From: a virus
Taxonomy: Duplodnaviria > Heunggongvirae > Uroviricota > Caudoviricetes
Virus record (IMG/VR): IMGVR_UViG_2529292998_000006
Direction: 5' to 3' (one strand)
DNA length: 26,102 nt
Shown here piece after piece: positions 7,705 to 15,991 of this stretch; position 1 is the first letter of the stretch, and every line of letters begins with the position of its first letter. The translations under genes and the position numbers were made by a program. Under the pieces are notes generated by a model. That model was not told the DNA's origin and ran no database searches. It saw only the letters and a list, made by a program, of their open reading frames with translations.

Positions 7705-8745
7705 ATGGCTAACGCCTGGCTCAGATTATGGCATGACATGCCAAATGACCCTAAGTGGCGAACAATTGCCAGGGTGTCAGGGCAGCCAATTGCAACAGTG
7801 ATGGCAGTGTATATCCACCTTCTGGTGAGCGCGTCACGAAATGTCACGACATGTCACGGCGTGTCACTACGTGGTCACATTGATGTCACGACGGAAGATT
7901 TAGCAAGTGCGCTTGATGTGACGGAAGAAGTAATTGATTCAATTTTACAGGCAATGCAGGGGCGGGTACTTGATGGAGATTTAATCACCGGATGGGAAAA
8001 ACGCCAGGTACTGAAAGAGGACAATGGCAACGTTTCACAAACCGCGAAATCCCCGGCAGAGCGCAAGAGAGCGCAGCGCGAGAGGGAAAAATTACGAAAA
8101 CAGAATGAGGGGTGTCACGACGAGTCACGCATATGTCACGACATGTCACGACGAGTCACGACAGATAAAGATACAGATAAAGAATTAAACCCCACACATA
8201 ACGCGCACGTGCGCGAGAGTGCTCCGACCAGTGAGTCGAGTGGTACGCCGTTGCAGGCAGCAGAACCTGCATCCCTGGATGGACTGAGCGAACCCATCGG
8301 GAAATTTCCGATGGTCGATGACTGGCATCCGTCGCCGGATTTTCGACGACGGGCTGCGTTGTGGGGGATGGCTTTGCCGGAGCCGGAATTTACACCTGCT
8401 GAACTTGCCGCTTTCCGGGACTACTGGGCAGCGGAGGGGAAAGTTTTCACGCAGGTTCAGTGGGAGCAGAAATTCGCCCGTCACGTAAATCACGTCAGGG
8501 CGCAGGTTAAGCCAGTCAGCAAGGGGGTAAACCATGCAGCAGCACCAGGTGGCACCGCATCACGGGCAGTTCAGGAAATTCGGGCAGCACGTGAGCAGTG
8601 GGAACGTGAAAACGGATTTATCAGCGACGGAAACGGTCTGGAAGCTGTGGGAACTCATGGGGGAGGTTTATTCGAACCGCTGGACCCAGAAGAACGGGGC
8701 CGCACCTTCGAAGCTCTGGATTGCACAGATTGGCGCGATGACTGA
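7705..8745 (+). CDS. Replication initiator, YdaU (DUF1376)-like N-terminus with DnaT-like C-terminus (346 aa)
   Basis: ATG at 7705 with GAGGTGAG upstream. The track ORF starts at GTG 7699. N-terminus WLRLWHDMPNDPKWRTIARVSGQP. Contains two internal clusters of phased direct repeats. Confidence 0.7.
   Translation: MANAWLRLWHDMPNDPKWRTIARVSGQPIATVMAVYIHLLVSASRNVTTCHGVSLRGHIDVTTEDLASALDVTEEVIDSILQAMQGRVLDGDLITGWEKRQVLKEDNGNVSQTAKSPAERKRAQREREKLRKQNEGCHDESRICHDMSRRVTTDKDTDKELNPTHNAHVRESAPTSESSGTPLQAAEPASLDGLSEPIGKFPMVDDWHPSPDFRRRAALWGMALPEPEFTPAELAAFRDYWAAEGKVFTQVQWEQKFARHVNHVRAQVKPVSKGVNHAAAPGGTASRAVQEIRAAREQWERENGFISDGNGLEAVGTHGGGLFEPLDPEERGRTFEALDCTDWRDD
7831..7892. repeat. Iteron-like cluster 1: six GTCAC(G) repeats at about 10-bp spacing
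   Basis: GTCACG or close variants at 7833, 7843, 7853, 7863, 7874 and 7885. An inverted copy follows at about 7915. Confidence 0.6.
8112..8190. repeat. Iteron-like cluster 2: five GTCACG repeats at 10-bp spacing, then an AT-rich tandem CAGATAAAG x2
   Basis: GTCACG at 8114, 8124, 8135, 8145 and 8155. AT-rich stretch 8161-8190 could serve as an unwinding element. Confidence 0.6.
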
Positions 8746-9199
8746 GCAGCAAATCCGACAGGTCTGCCGCCAGTGCATGGACCGCTGCCGGGCGGGTGAA
8801 ACATGGCCTCCGGACCTGGCTGAGTTTGTGGCGCTGATTTCAGAAAGCGGGGCCAATCCATTTGGCCTGACGGTGGATGCTGTGATGGAGGAGTACCGCC
8901 GCTGGCGTGATGAGTCCTGGCGATATGACGGAAGCGACAAATATCCGTGGCCTCAGCCTGTGCTGTACCACATCTGCCTCGAAATGCGTACCAGAGGGAT
9001 TGAGCGCCAGATGACGCAGGGTGAGTTAAAACGACTTGCGGAACGGCAACTGACGAAATGGGCAAAGCATGTTGGTAACGGGATGAGTGTTCCGCCAGTG
9101 CGACGACAACTGGAAGGGGCGAAACACCCGCAAGGGCCAACGCCAATTGAACGGCTGAAACAGGAATACGAACGCCGGAAGGCAGCTGGTTTTATTTGA
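8657..9199 (+). CDS. Replication protein P-like helicase loader; start uncertain (8534, 8657 or 8738)
   Basis: Segment LWIAQIGAMTEQQIRQVCRQ...PPDLAEFVAL...KYPWPQPVLYHICLEM...MTQGELKRLAERQL is colinear with recalled lambda P. It overlaps the 3' end of the initiator gene. An ATG at 8534 has a good SD (AAGGGGG) but would give a 212-nt overlap. Confidence 0.6.
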   Translation: MGEVYSNRWTQKNGAAPSKLWIAQIGAMTEQQIRQVCRQCMDRCRAGETWPPDLAEFVALISESGANPFGLTVDAVMEEYRRWRDESWRYDGSDKYPWPQPVLYHICLEMRTRGIERQMTQGELKRLAERQLTKWAKHVGNGMSVPPVRRQLEGAKHPQGPTPIERLKQEYERRKAAGFI

Positions 9200-9232
9200 A
9201 TCTGAGAAACGATTTTGTCGGAGGAAATTTTA

Positions 9233-10003
9233 ATGGAAACCGTATTTGACGCACTGAAAGCAATGGGAAAAGCCACATCGGTAGAACTGGCCGCGCGACT
9301 TGATATCAGTCGTGAAGAGGTTCTCAACGAGCTGTGGGAACTCAAAAGAAATGGCGTCGTTGATAAAACTGGTCACACCTGGTTTCTGGCTGGCGAAGGT
9401 GAATCCCGGGTAACCGAAGAGCGGCCAGTAAAATCTGAAGCACAGGATATGCTGACCGGGGAGGTCGAACAAAAAGTTACCGCAGACATGATGATTGAGT
9501 TTATCGGTCAGGATGGTGCTAAAACGTGTGAGGAACTGGCGGGTAAGTTCGGCGTCAGTACTCGCAAGGTTGCCTCCACGCTGGCGGTGGTAACCGCAAC
9601 GGGGCGGCTGGCACGCGTTAATCAGAACGATAAATTTCGTTACTGCATGCCGGGCGATAATTTACCAGCAGAGCCGAAAGCCGCGCTGGTAACGGAAAGT
9701 GATGGTAAGGCCTTTCCTCAGCCAGCAGGTGCTGCGTTACCAGTCCGGGAAGCCGCAACACAGGAAGAAATTAAAACAGAAACTGTGGCGGACATTGTGC
9801 AGCCGTTGCCATCGTTTACCGAAACGCAAGCAGATGAGCTGATTTTTCCGTCCCTTCGCAGGGCAAACCTGGCGCTGCGCAGGGCGAAAAGTGATGTTCA
9901 GAAGTGGGAGCGAGTCTGCGCCGCGCTGCGGGAGCTGAACAAGCACCGGGATATTGTTCGACAGATTACTGATTCTTCCCGCCGTGTTGTATCGGAAAAG
10001 TGA
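9233..10003 (+). CDS. Hypothetical protein with two winged-helix-like segments (256 aa)
   Basis: ATG at 9233 with GGAGG upstream. The track ORF starts at TTG 9215. HTH-like [27 protein letters not shown] and a second [19 protein letters not shown]. Confidence 0.55.
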   Translation: METVFDALKAMGKATSVELAARLDISREEVLNELWELKRNGVVDKTGHTWFLAGEGESRVTEERPVKSEAQDMLTGEVEQKVTADMMIEFIGQDGAKTCEELAGKFGVSTRKVASTLAVVTATGRLARVNQNDKFRYCMPGDNLPAEPKAALVTESDGKAFPQPAGAALPVREAATQEEIKTETVADIVQPLPSFTETQADELIFPSLRRANLALRRAKSDVQKWERVCAALRELNKHRDIVRQITDSSRRVVSEK

Positions 10004-10018
10004 TTGCCGGAGGCGCTT

Positions 10019-10444
10019 ATGGCAAAAGTATTTACACAAGAAGAGCGGGAAAAAATTAAAGGGCAGGTTGTTGAACTTGTACGTCTGAGCGGTCGCGAGA
10101 CGTTGCGGCAACTGGAAGCCAAGACAGGTGCGACAAGATATCTGATGAGTGTTCTCGCCAGAGAGCTGGTTGCCAGTGGCGATGTATACAACTCTGGTTA
10201 CGGGTTATTCCCGTCTGAACAGGCGCGTAAGGACTGGCAAAATGCTCGCAAAAAACTCTCAAGGGCAAAGGTGAAGAAACCTGCAGTGGTTGATCCGGAC
10301 CTTATCTGGTCGTTACCAGACGGCGAAATACGCCGCTACGACAGGCGCCTGAATATAATCTGTCGCGAGTGCCGGAAGAGCGAAGCTATGCAGCGTGTAC
10401 TGGCATTTTATCAAGGAAATGTTAGGTATTTTAGACGTTACTAG
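10019..10444 (+). CDS. Hypothetical protein (141 aa)
   Basis: ATG at 10019 with GGAGG 5 nt upstream, immediately after the previous stop. The track ORF starts at TTG 10004. Basic C-terminal half. Confidence 0.5.
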   Translation: MAKVFTQEEREKIKGQVVELVRLSGRETLRQLEAKTGATRYLMSVLARELVASGDVYNSGYGLFPSEQARKDWQNARKKLSRAKVKKPAVVDPDLIWSLPDGEIRRYDRRLNIICRECRKSEAMQRVLAFYQGNVRYFRRY

Positions 10445-10597
10445 ATTAAAGAGCATTAGTTCAGATGTGAATTGACATTTTCATGGCGCAGGGTAGAGCC
10501 AGCGTGGTTGTCCGCTTTGCGTCAAAACCAGATATTACCAGATTTAGACATATATTCCCGATAGCCCTGCTCTGATGCTACACTCTGTGCTATTTTC

Positions 10598-11284
10598 ATG
10601 ACCCCAATAAAAATATTTATGACTATTGCTGATTTCAAACGGCCTAAATTGGAGCTCCCAAACGGGGCAAACAAACTACTACTGCACTCTTGCTGTGCTC
10701 CATGTTCCGGTGAAGTGATGGAGGCGCTTCAGGCCTCGGGAATCGACTACACCATCTTTTTCTACAACCCGAACATTCATCCTCAGAAAGAGTATTTAAT
10801 TCGTAAGGATGAAAATATTCGCTTTGCTGAACAACACGGCGTGCCGTTTATCGATGCTGATTACGACACCGACAACTGGTTTGAACGTGCCAAAGGAATG
10901 GAATGGGAGCCTGAGAGGGGGATCCGTTGTACCATGTGTTTTGACATGCGTTTTGAGCGGACAGCGTTGTACGCTGCTGAAAATGGTTTCAGTGTGATCA
11001 GCAGTTCACTGGGCATTTCACGCTGGAAAAATATGCAGCAGGTTAACGAGTGTGGGCGGCGAGCTGTTGCGCATTATCCGGGTATGGTGTACTGGGATTA
11101 TAACTGGCGCAAGCAGGGCGGCTCGTCCCGTATGATTGAAATCAGCAAGCGCGAAAAATTCTATCAGCAGGAATATTGTGGCTGTGTGTATTCTCTGCGC
11201 GATACCAATCTACACCGCAAATCTCAGGGACGCCCTCTTATCAAAATTGGCCAACTCCACTACGGAAAAGAAGAGAAGGAGTGA
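10598..11284 (+). CDS. QueH-like (DUF208) putative epoxyqueuosine reductase (228 aa)
   Basis: Motifs [24 protein letters not shown] and [11 protein letters not shown] match what I recall as conserved QueH signatures. Stand-alone gene between the replication module and hokD. Confidence 0.65.
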   Translation: MTPIKIFMTIADFKRPKLELPNGANKLLLHSCCAPCSGEVMEALQASGIDYTIFFYNPNIHPQKEYLIRKDENIRFAEQHGVPFIDADYDTDNWFERAKGMEWEPERGIRCTMCFDMRFERTALYAAENGFSVISSSLGISRWKNMQQVNECGRRAVAHYPGMVYWDYNWRKQGGSSRMIEISKREKFYQQEYCGCVYSLRDTNLHRKSQGRPLIKIGQLHYGKEEKE

Positions 11285-11521
11285 TTTTATGGATCACCTT
11301 TCTGATTGATTTCATATTGGCGAGGTGACGTGAGTTAAGTAGAATGGCTGCGGGTGCTTGAGGCTATCTGTCTCAGGCATGAACACTGAAAGGCAGATAG
11401 AGAAAAGCCCCAGTTAACATTTCGCGTCCTGCAAGACGCTTAACATTAATCTGAGGCCCAATCTATGTCTCACAAATGTAGGTTAGCCTCTTACGTGCCG
11501 AAAGGCAAGGGGAAGCAGGCT

Positions 11522-11677
11522 ATGAAGCAGCAAAAGGCGATGTTAATCGCCCTGATCGTCATCTGTTTAACCGTCATAGTGACGGCACTGGTAACGAGGA
11601 AAGACCTCTGCGAGGTACGAATCCGAACCGGCCAGACGGAGGTCGCTGTCTTCACAGCTTACGAACCTGAGGAGTAA
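11522..11677 (+). CDS. hokD: Hok-family membrane toxin HokD/RelF (51 aa)
   Basis: MKQQKAMLIALIVICLTVIVTALVTRKDLCEVRIRTGQTEVAVFTAYEPEE. The track ORF from 11465 extends it in frame, which I take to be an artefact. Confidence 0.85.
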   Translation: MKQQKAMLIALIVICLTVIVTALVTRKDLCEVRIRTGQTEVAVFTAYEPEE

Positions 11678-11745
11678 GAGACCCGGCGGGGGAGAAATCC
11701 CTCGCCACCTCTGATGTGGCAGGCATCCTCAACGCACCCGCACTT

Positions 11746-11776
11746 AACCCGCTTCGGCGGGTTTTTGTTTTTATTT
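11746..11776 (+). terminator. Intrinsic terminator after hokD
   Basis: Hairpin AACCCGC-TTCG-GCGGGTT followed by TTTTGTTTTTATTTT. Confidence 0.7.
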
Positions 11777-11893
11777 TCAACGCGTTTGAAGTTCTGGACG
11801 GTGCCGGAATAGAATCAAAAATACTTAAGTAGCGCGCAGGGATAAGAGGGATGGTCCCTTAAAGGGGAGAGCTAATTATCCGGAAGGATTCTG

Positions 11894-12145
11894 ATGATGA
11901 ACATCGAAGAACTGCGTAAAATTTTTTGTGAAGATGGCCTCTATGCTGTGTGCGTTGAAAATGGAAATCTTGTTAGTCATTACCGCATTATGTGTTTGCG
12001 AAAGAATGGGGCTGCGTTAATTAATTTTGTGGATGCTCGGGTCACGGACGGATTTATCTTGCGCGAAGGTGAGTTTGTCACTTCATTACAGGCATTGAAA
12101 GAGATCGGAATAAAAGCTGGCTTTTCTGCTTTTTCAGGAGAATAA
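11894..12145 (+). CDS. rem: Rem-like protein (83 aa)
   Basis: 83-aa ORF with GGAAGGA upstream, between hokD and ydfU as in K-12 Qin. Named by size and synteny from memory. Confidence 0.55.
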   Translation: MMNIEELRKIFCEDGLYAVCVENGNLVSHYRIMCLRKNGAALINFVDARVTDGFILREGEFVTSLQALKEIGIKAGFSAFSGE

Positions 12146-12211
12146 ACTCATCTACAATCTTGCGCGGGGCTGAACTCCCGCTGAGTAACACCGTGCCACC
12201 GGAGAAAACCG

Positions 12212-12490
12212 ATGGCACGCAACGCAAAATATTACAATTCTGATAATTCGCCCGTTCTTGCCTGCACGCACGGGCGGTATTCTCACGCATTCAAGTCTGA
12301 ATGGTTCCAGCACCCTCCATGCACTGCAGAACAGGCCGAATGGCTGATTCATTCTTACCGCAGGCGCGGGTTCGAGGTTAAGAAAGCTCTCAGTCTCGAC
12401 TATCGGCACTGGATAATCTCTGTCAGGCTGCCTTATTCCGAACGCCCACCACGTGCGTCCCGCACTTTCCAGCAACGGATCTGGAGGTAA
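12212..12490 (+). CDS. Hypothetical small protein (92 aa)
   Basis: ATG with GGAG 7 nt upstream. Its stop TAA (12488-12490) directly abuts the GTG start of ydfU. Confidence 0.4.
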   Translation: MARNAKYYNSDNSPVLACTHGRYSHAFKSEWFQHPPCTAEQAEWLIHSYRRRGFEVKKALSLDYRHWIISVRLPYSERPPRASRTFQQRIWR

Positions 12491-12491
12491 C

Positions 12492-13541
12492 GTGCGGGTA
12501 TTACTTAGACCTGTTCTGGTGCCTGAGCTTGGGCTGGTGGTCCTTAAGCCGGGCCGTGAATCCATACAGATATTTCATAATCCTCGAGTGCTGGTGGAAC
12601 CGGAACCAAAAAGCATGCGTAATCTGCCATCCGGAGTCGTTCCTGCCGTTCGCCAGCCGCTGGCGGAAGACAAAACATTGCTGCCGTTTTTTAGTAACGA
12701 ACGGGTGATTCGTGCTGCTGGCGGCGTTGGCGCATTGTCCGACTGGCTATTACGTCATGTTACATCCTGCCAGTGGCCTAATGGCGATTACCATCACACT
12801 GAAACAGTCATTCACCGTTATGGTACCGGCGCAATGGTGTTGTGCTGGCACTGCGACAACCAACTGCGTGACCAGACATCGGAATCACTGGAGCTGCTTG
12901 CTCAACAAAATCTGACAGCATGGGTGATTGACGTCATCCGTCACGCAATAAGCGGTACGCAGGAGCGGGAATTATCTTTGGCTGAATTATCCTGGTGGGC
13001 GGTCTGCAATCAGGTGGTGGATGCACTACCTGAGGCTGTATCGCGTCGTTCGCTGGGATTACCAGCGGAAAAAATCTGCTCGGTGTACCGCGAAAGCGAC
13101 ATCGTACCGGGAGAGCAGACCGCCACCAGCATATTGAAACAACGCACAAAAAATCTTGCACCGTTGCCTTACGCCCACCAGCAACAAAAATCACCACAGG
13201 AAAAGACGGTGGTAAGCATCACCGTTGATCCAGAGTCTCCGGAATCTTTCATGAAGCTGCCTAAACGTCGCCGCTGGGTTAAGGAGAAATACACACGTTG
13301 GGTTAAGACACAGCCGTGTGCTTGCTGCGGTATGCCAGCCGACGATCCGCATCATCTGATTGGTCACGGGCAGGGCGGAATGGGAACAAAAGCACATGAT
13401 CTCTTTGTGTTGCCTTTGTGCAGAAAGCATCACAACGAGCTGCATACGGATACAGTGGCATTTGAAGATAAGTATGGCTCCCAACTGGAGCTGATATTTC
13501 GTTTTATCGATCGCGCGCTGGCAATTGGCGTACTGGCGTAA
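12492..13541 (+). CDS. ydfU: YdfU-like protein with C-terminal HNH-like/DUF968 domain (349 aa)
   Basis: GTG at 12492 with GGAGG upstream gives 349 aa. C-terminus CACCGMPADDPHHLIGHGQGG...CRKHHNELH has a Cys/His-rich HNH-like signature. Confidence 0.65.
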   Translation: MRVLLRPVLVPELGLVVLKPGRESIQIFHNPRVLVEPEPKSMRNLPSGVVPAVRQPLAEDKTLLPFFSNERVIRAAGGVGALSDWLLRHVTSCQWPNGDYHHTETVIHRYGTGAMVLCWHCDNQLRDQTSESLELLAQQNLTAWVIDVIRHAISGTQERELSLAELSWWAVCNQVVDALPEAVSRRSLGLPAEKICSVYRESDIVPGEQTATSILKQRTKNLAPLPYAHQQQKSPQEKTVVSITVDPESPESFMKLPKRRRWVKEKYTRWVKTQPCACCGMPADDPHHLIGHGQGGMGTKAHDLFVLPLCRKHHNELHTDTVAFEDKYGSQLELIFRFIDRALAIGVLA

Positions 13542-13554
13542 GTGGAGAACGAGC

Positions 13555-14307
13555 ATGAACCTTGAAGCCTTACCAAAATATTACTCCCCAAAATCTCCAA
13601 AATTGAGCGATGACGCTCCAGCGACAGGCACCGGTTGTTTAACAATTACGGATGTAATGGCAGCGCAGGGGATGGTGCAGTCGAAAGCACCACTTGGGTT
13701 GGCCTTATTTCTGGCAAAAGTTGGTGTTCAGGACCCTCAGTTTGCGATTGAAGGCCTGCTAAATTACGCGATGGCACTGGATAACCCGACATTGAACAAA
13801 TTGAGTGAAGAAATCCGGTTACAGATTATTCCTTACCTCGTGAGTTTTGCCTTTGCTGATTACTCCAGGTCTGCGGCAAGTAAGGCTCGCTGTGAGCATT
13901 GTTCAGGTACGGGATTTTATAATGTATTGCGCGAAGTGGTGAAACACTACAGACGCGGGGAATCTGTAATCAAGGAAGAATGGGTGAAGGAACTATGTCA
14001 GCATTGCCATGGTAAGGGCGAAGCCAGCACAGCGTGCAGAGGGTGTAAGGGTAAAGGGATTGTTCTGGATGAAAAAAGAACCCGGTTTCATGGCGTACCG
14101 GTATATAAGATTTGTGGGCGTTGTAATGGAAACCGGTTTAGTCGTTTACCGACCACGCTGGCACGACGTCATGTCCAGAAGCTGGTACCAGACCTGACCG
14201 ATTATCAGTGGTATAAGGGGTATGCGGACGTCATTGGTAAACTGGTAACAAAGTGCTGGCAGGAAGAAGCATACGCGGAAGCGCAATTGAGGAAGGTGAC
14301 GAGATAA
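13555..14307 (+). CDS. quuQ: Late-gene antiterminator Q (250 aa)
   Basis: ATG at 13555 gives 250 aa. The track ORF starts at TTG 13525. Cys-rich zinc-binding region CEHCSGTG...CQHCHGKG...CRGCKGKG...CGRCNG. Followed by a promoter and terminator. Confidence 0.8.
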   Translation: MNLEALPKYYSPKSPKLSDDAPATGTGCLTITDVMAAQGMVQSKAPLGLALFLAKVGVQDPQFAIEGLLNYAMALDNPTLNKLSEEIRLQIIPYLVSFAFADYSRSAASKARCEHCSGTGFYNVLREVVKHYRRGESVIKEEWVKELCQHCHGKGEASTACRGCKGKGIVLDEKRTRFHGVPVYKICGRCNGNRFSRLPTTLARRHVQKLVPDLTDYQWYKGYADVIGKLVTKCWQEEAYAEAQLRKVTR

Positions 14308-14338
14308 ATGATTTTTGCTGAAGATGGCGACATGATGT

Positions 14339-14367
14339 TTGCATTTTTCAAAAAATATGGATAAAAT
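14339..14367 (+). promoter_or_regulatory. PR'-like late promoter (the qut site is expected to overlap it)
   Basis: TTGCAT (14339-14344), 17 nt, TAAAAT (14362-14367), about 30 nt past the Q stop. Confidence 0.55.
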
Positions 14368-14412
14368 TTTTTCAACGATGGGCTTTGTATACCCGACGTT
14401 AAGAAAAAGTAG

Positions 14413-14442
14413 AAAACCCGCTGATGAGCGGGTTTTGTGCTT
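14413..14442 (+). terminator. tR'-like intrinsic terminator
   Basis: Hairpin CCCGCT-GATG-AGCGGG followed by TTTTGTGCTTT, about 50 nt downstream of the putative -10. Confidence 0.6.
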
Positions 14443-14728
14443 TAAATGGGGCAATGGTAATGTTGAATCTCATCCCGGGACTCATGTCTGTTAACTTATT
14501 ATTTAGCTGGTGACTTGGTTATTTGCCTGATGTTTAAAATGTTTTCTTCCAGTACAATGTCCCTAAACACAATGAGTCTGCTTATTATATTATTAGCAGA
14601 GCTATTACGGCCAAAGTACAGCATAAGCTTTTAAAGCCAATCAACCAGTCATCAAGACAGACGGGGTTATTCATAAAAACTCTCCATGTGTGATCCGATG
14701 GGGCCTGAAATTAAAGCTTTAATATAGC

Positions 14729-14941
14729 TCATGAAAGGTAAACATTGGCAGCTGAAGGGCCACGCAGACCATTTATCCGGCAAAATTCCACGCGTAATCC
14801 GGTGGTAATTTCTTCTGCATCGCGGAGATTGAGCGCTGAAACATGAAGCTGGACATCGATACGACCATCGGATGGGGTGATAAGACCCTTGCCGCTTTTG
14901 CCGTCAAAGGTTTTGACAATTCCTGTCATTTTACGGGACAA
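14729..14941 (-). CDS. cspF: Cold-shock-domain protein CspF (70 aa)
   Basis: [27 protein letters not shown]...[10 protein letters not shown]. The first codon is TTG here; the first ATG is at 14929 (MTGIVK...). Confidence 0.85.
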
Positions 14942-15241
14942 AAAAATTCCTTAATACTGATAACTTGGCGCACTATACACACGTTCCTGAAGAAAGCTAT
15001 AGTTTTTTGATGGGGTTGAAGATGGCTGGATGTCTAAAATAAACATTGCTTCATATGTTCAACTATGCGTTAATGATTGCGTCGGTTTGAAGAACAGACG
15101 ATATACGAAGTAGTTTACTAAAGCAGTTCTCATTTCAGGTGTTATTCACTTATTCCTTCTTTGAGTCTCTCCAATTAAGTACGAAGTCGTTTCTGTTATG
15201 CAAACCATTTATGCCGAAAGGCTCAAGTTAAGGAATGTAGA

Positions 15242-15457
15242 ATGTCAAATAAAATGACTGGTTTAGTAAAATGGTTTAACGCTGATAAAGGTTTCGGCTT
15301 TATTTCTCCTGTTGATGGTAGTAAAGATGTGTTTGTGCATTTTTCTGCGATTCAGAATGATAATTATCGAACCTTATTTGAAGGTCAAAAGGTTACCTTC
15401 TCTATAGAGAGTGGTGCTAAAGGTCCTGCAGCAGCAAATGTCATCATTACTGATTAA
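15242..15457 (+). CDS. cspB: Cold-shock protein CspB (71 aa)
   Basis: [71 protein letters not shown]. Divergent from cspF with a long 5' leader. Confidence 0.9.
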   Translation: MSNKMTGLVKWFNADKGFGFISPVDGSKDVFVHFSAIQNDNYRTLFEGQKVTFSIESGAKGPAAANVIITD

Positions 15458-15739
15458 AATTCATCGCTCGTCTGTATACGATAACGAAGAAGGCTGATGC
15501 CTGAGTAGAGATACGGACAGAGTAGTGAATATTGGATCTCTTTAATAAAAAGTAAGGAGGTCCAATACATGAAACAATGGCTAGCATATTTGGCAAAATC
15601 TTAATCAGGAAAAGTATGCTAACCATTGTGGTGAAGTGCAGGTTTGCTGCATGAATAGTTTTACAGCAGAAGCTAACTGCTGGCATGGCAAAACAAAGTG
15701 CGTAAGTGGATGACTCCCACAAAAAGCACCACAATCTCA

Positions 15740-15766
15740 AACCCGCTCAGGCGGGTTTTTTATTAT
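15740..15766 (+). terminator. Intrinsic terminator downstream of cspB
   Basis: Hairpin AACCCGC-TCAG-GCGGGTT followed by TTTTTATTAT. Confidence 0.7.
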
Positions 15767-15820
15767 CTGCTTTAAATATATTATTAAAATATAAAAAATA
15801 CTTGTTACTAATAAAATCAA

Positions 15821-15991
15821 TCAGGCTACAGCTTTAAGATTTGTCTGGAATACTTTGTTGCAATGAGGGCAGATCAAAAGGGCACCTTTTTGTACTCTTG
15901 AAAAACTGTGTTCTGACTCTTGGGTGCAGTTTGGGCAGGAACATTTAACGAGATAATTACGGCGTGATTTTGAGTTTTTACGTTCTGACAT
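15821..15991 (-). CDS. ynfU: Small zinc-ribbon protein, YnfU-like (56 aa)
   Basis: ATG at 15991 with AGGA upstream gives MSERKNSKSRRNYLVKCSCPNCTQESEHSFSRVQKGALLICPHCNKVFQTNLKAVA, with two CxxC pairs. Antisense to the late operon between cspB and the holin. Confidence 0.5.
   Translation of the reverse strand: MSERKNSKSRRNYLVKCSCPNCTQESEHSFSRVQKGALLICPHCNKVFQTNLKAVA

Noticed and set aside
8655-9345. Minus-strand ORFs of 90-163 aa
   Set aside because: Antisense to the P-like gene, Ser/Arg/Pro-rich, no motifs.
11465-11521. In-frame N-terminal extension of hokD to 70 aa
   Set aside because: Hok proteins are about 50 aa, and the extension (MSHKCRLASYVPKGKGKQA) lacks the characteristics of a mok frame, which overlaps hok in a different frame.
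12152-13645. Minus-strand ORFs (137, 87, 121, 71 aa) overlapping ydfU and Q
   Set aside because: Antisense to well-supported genes, with no start context or motifs.
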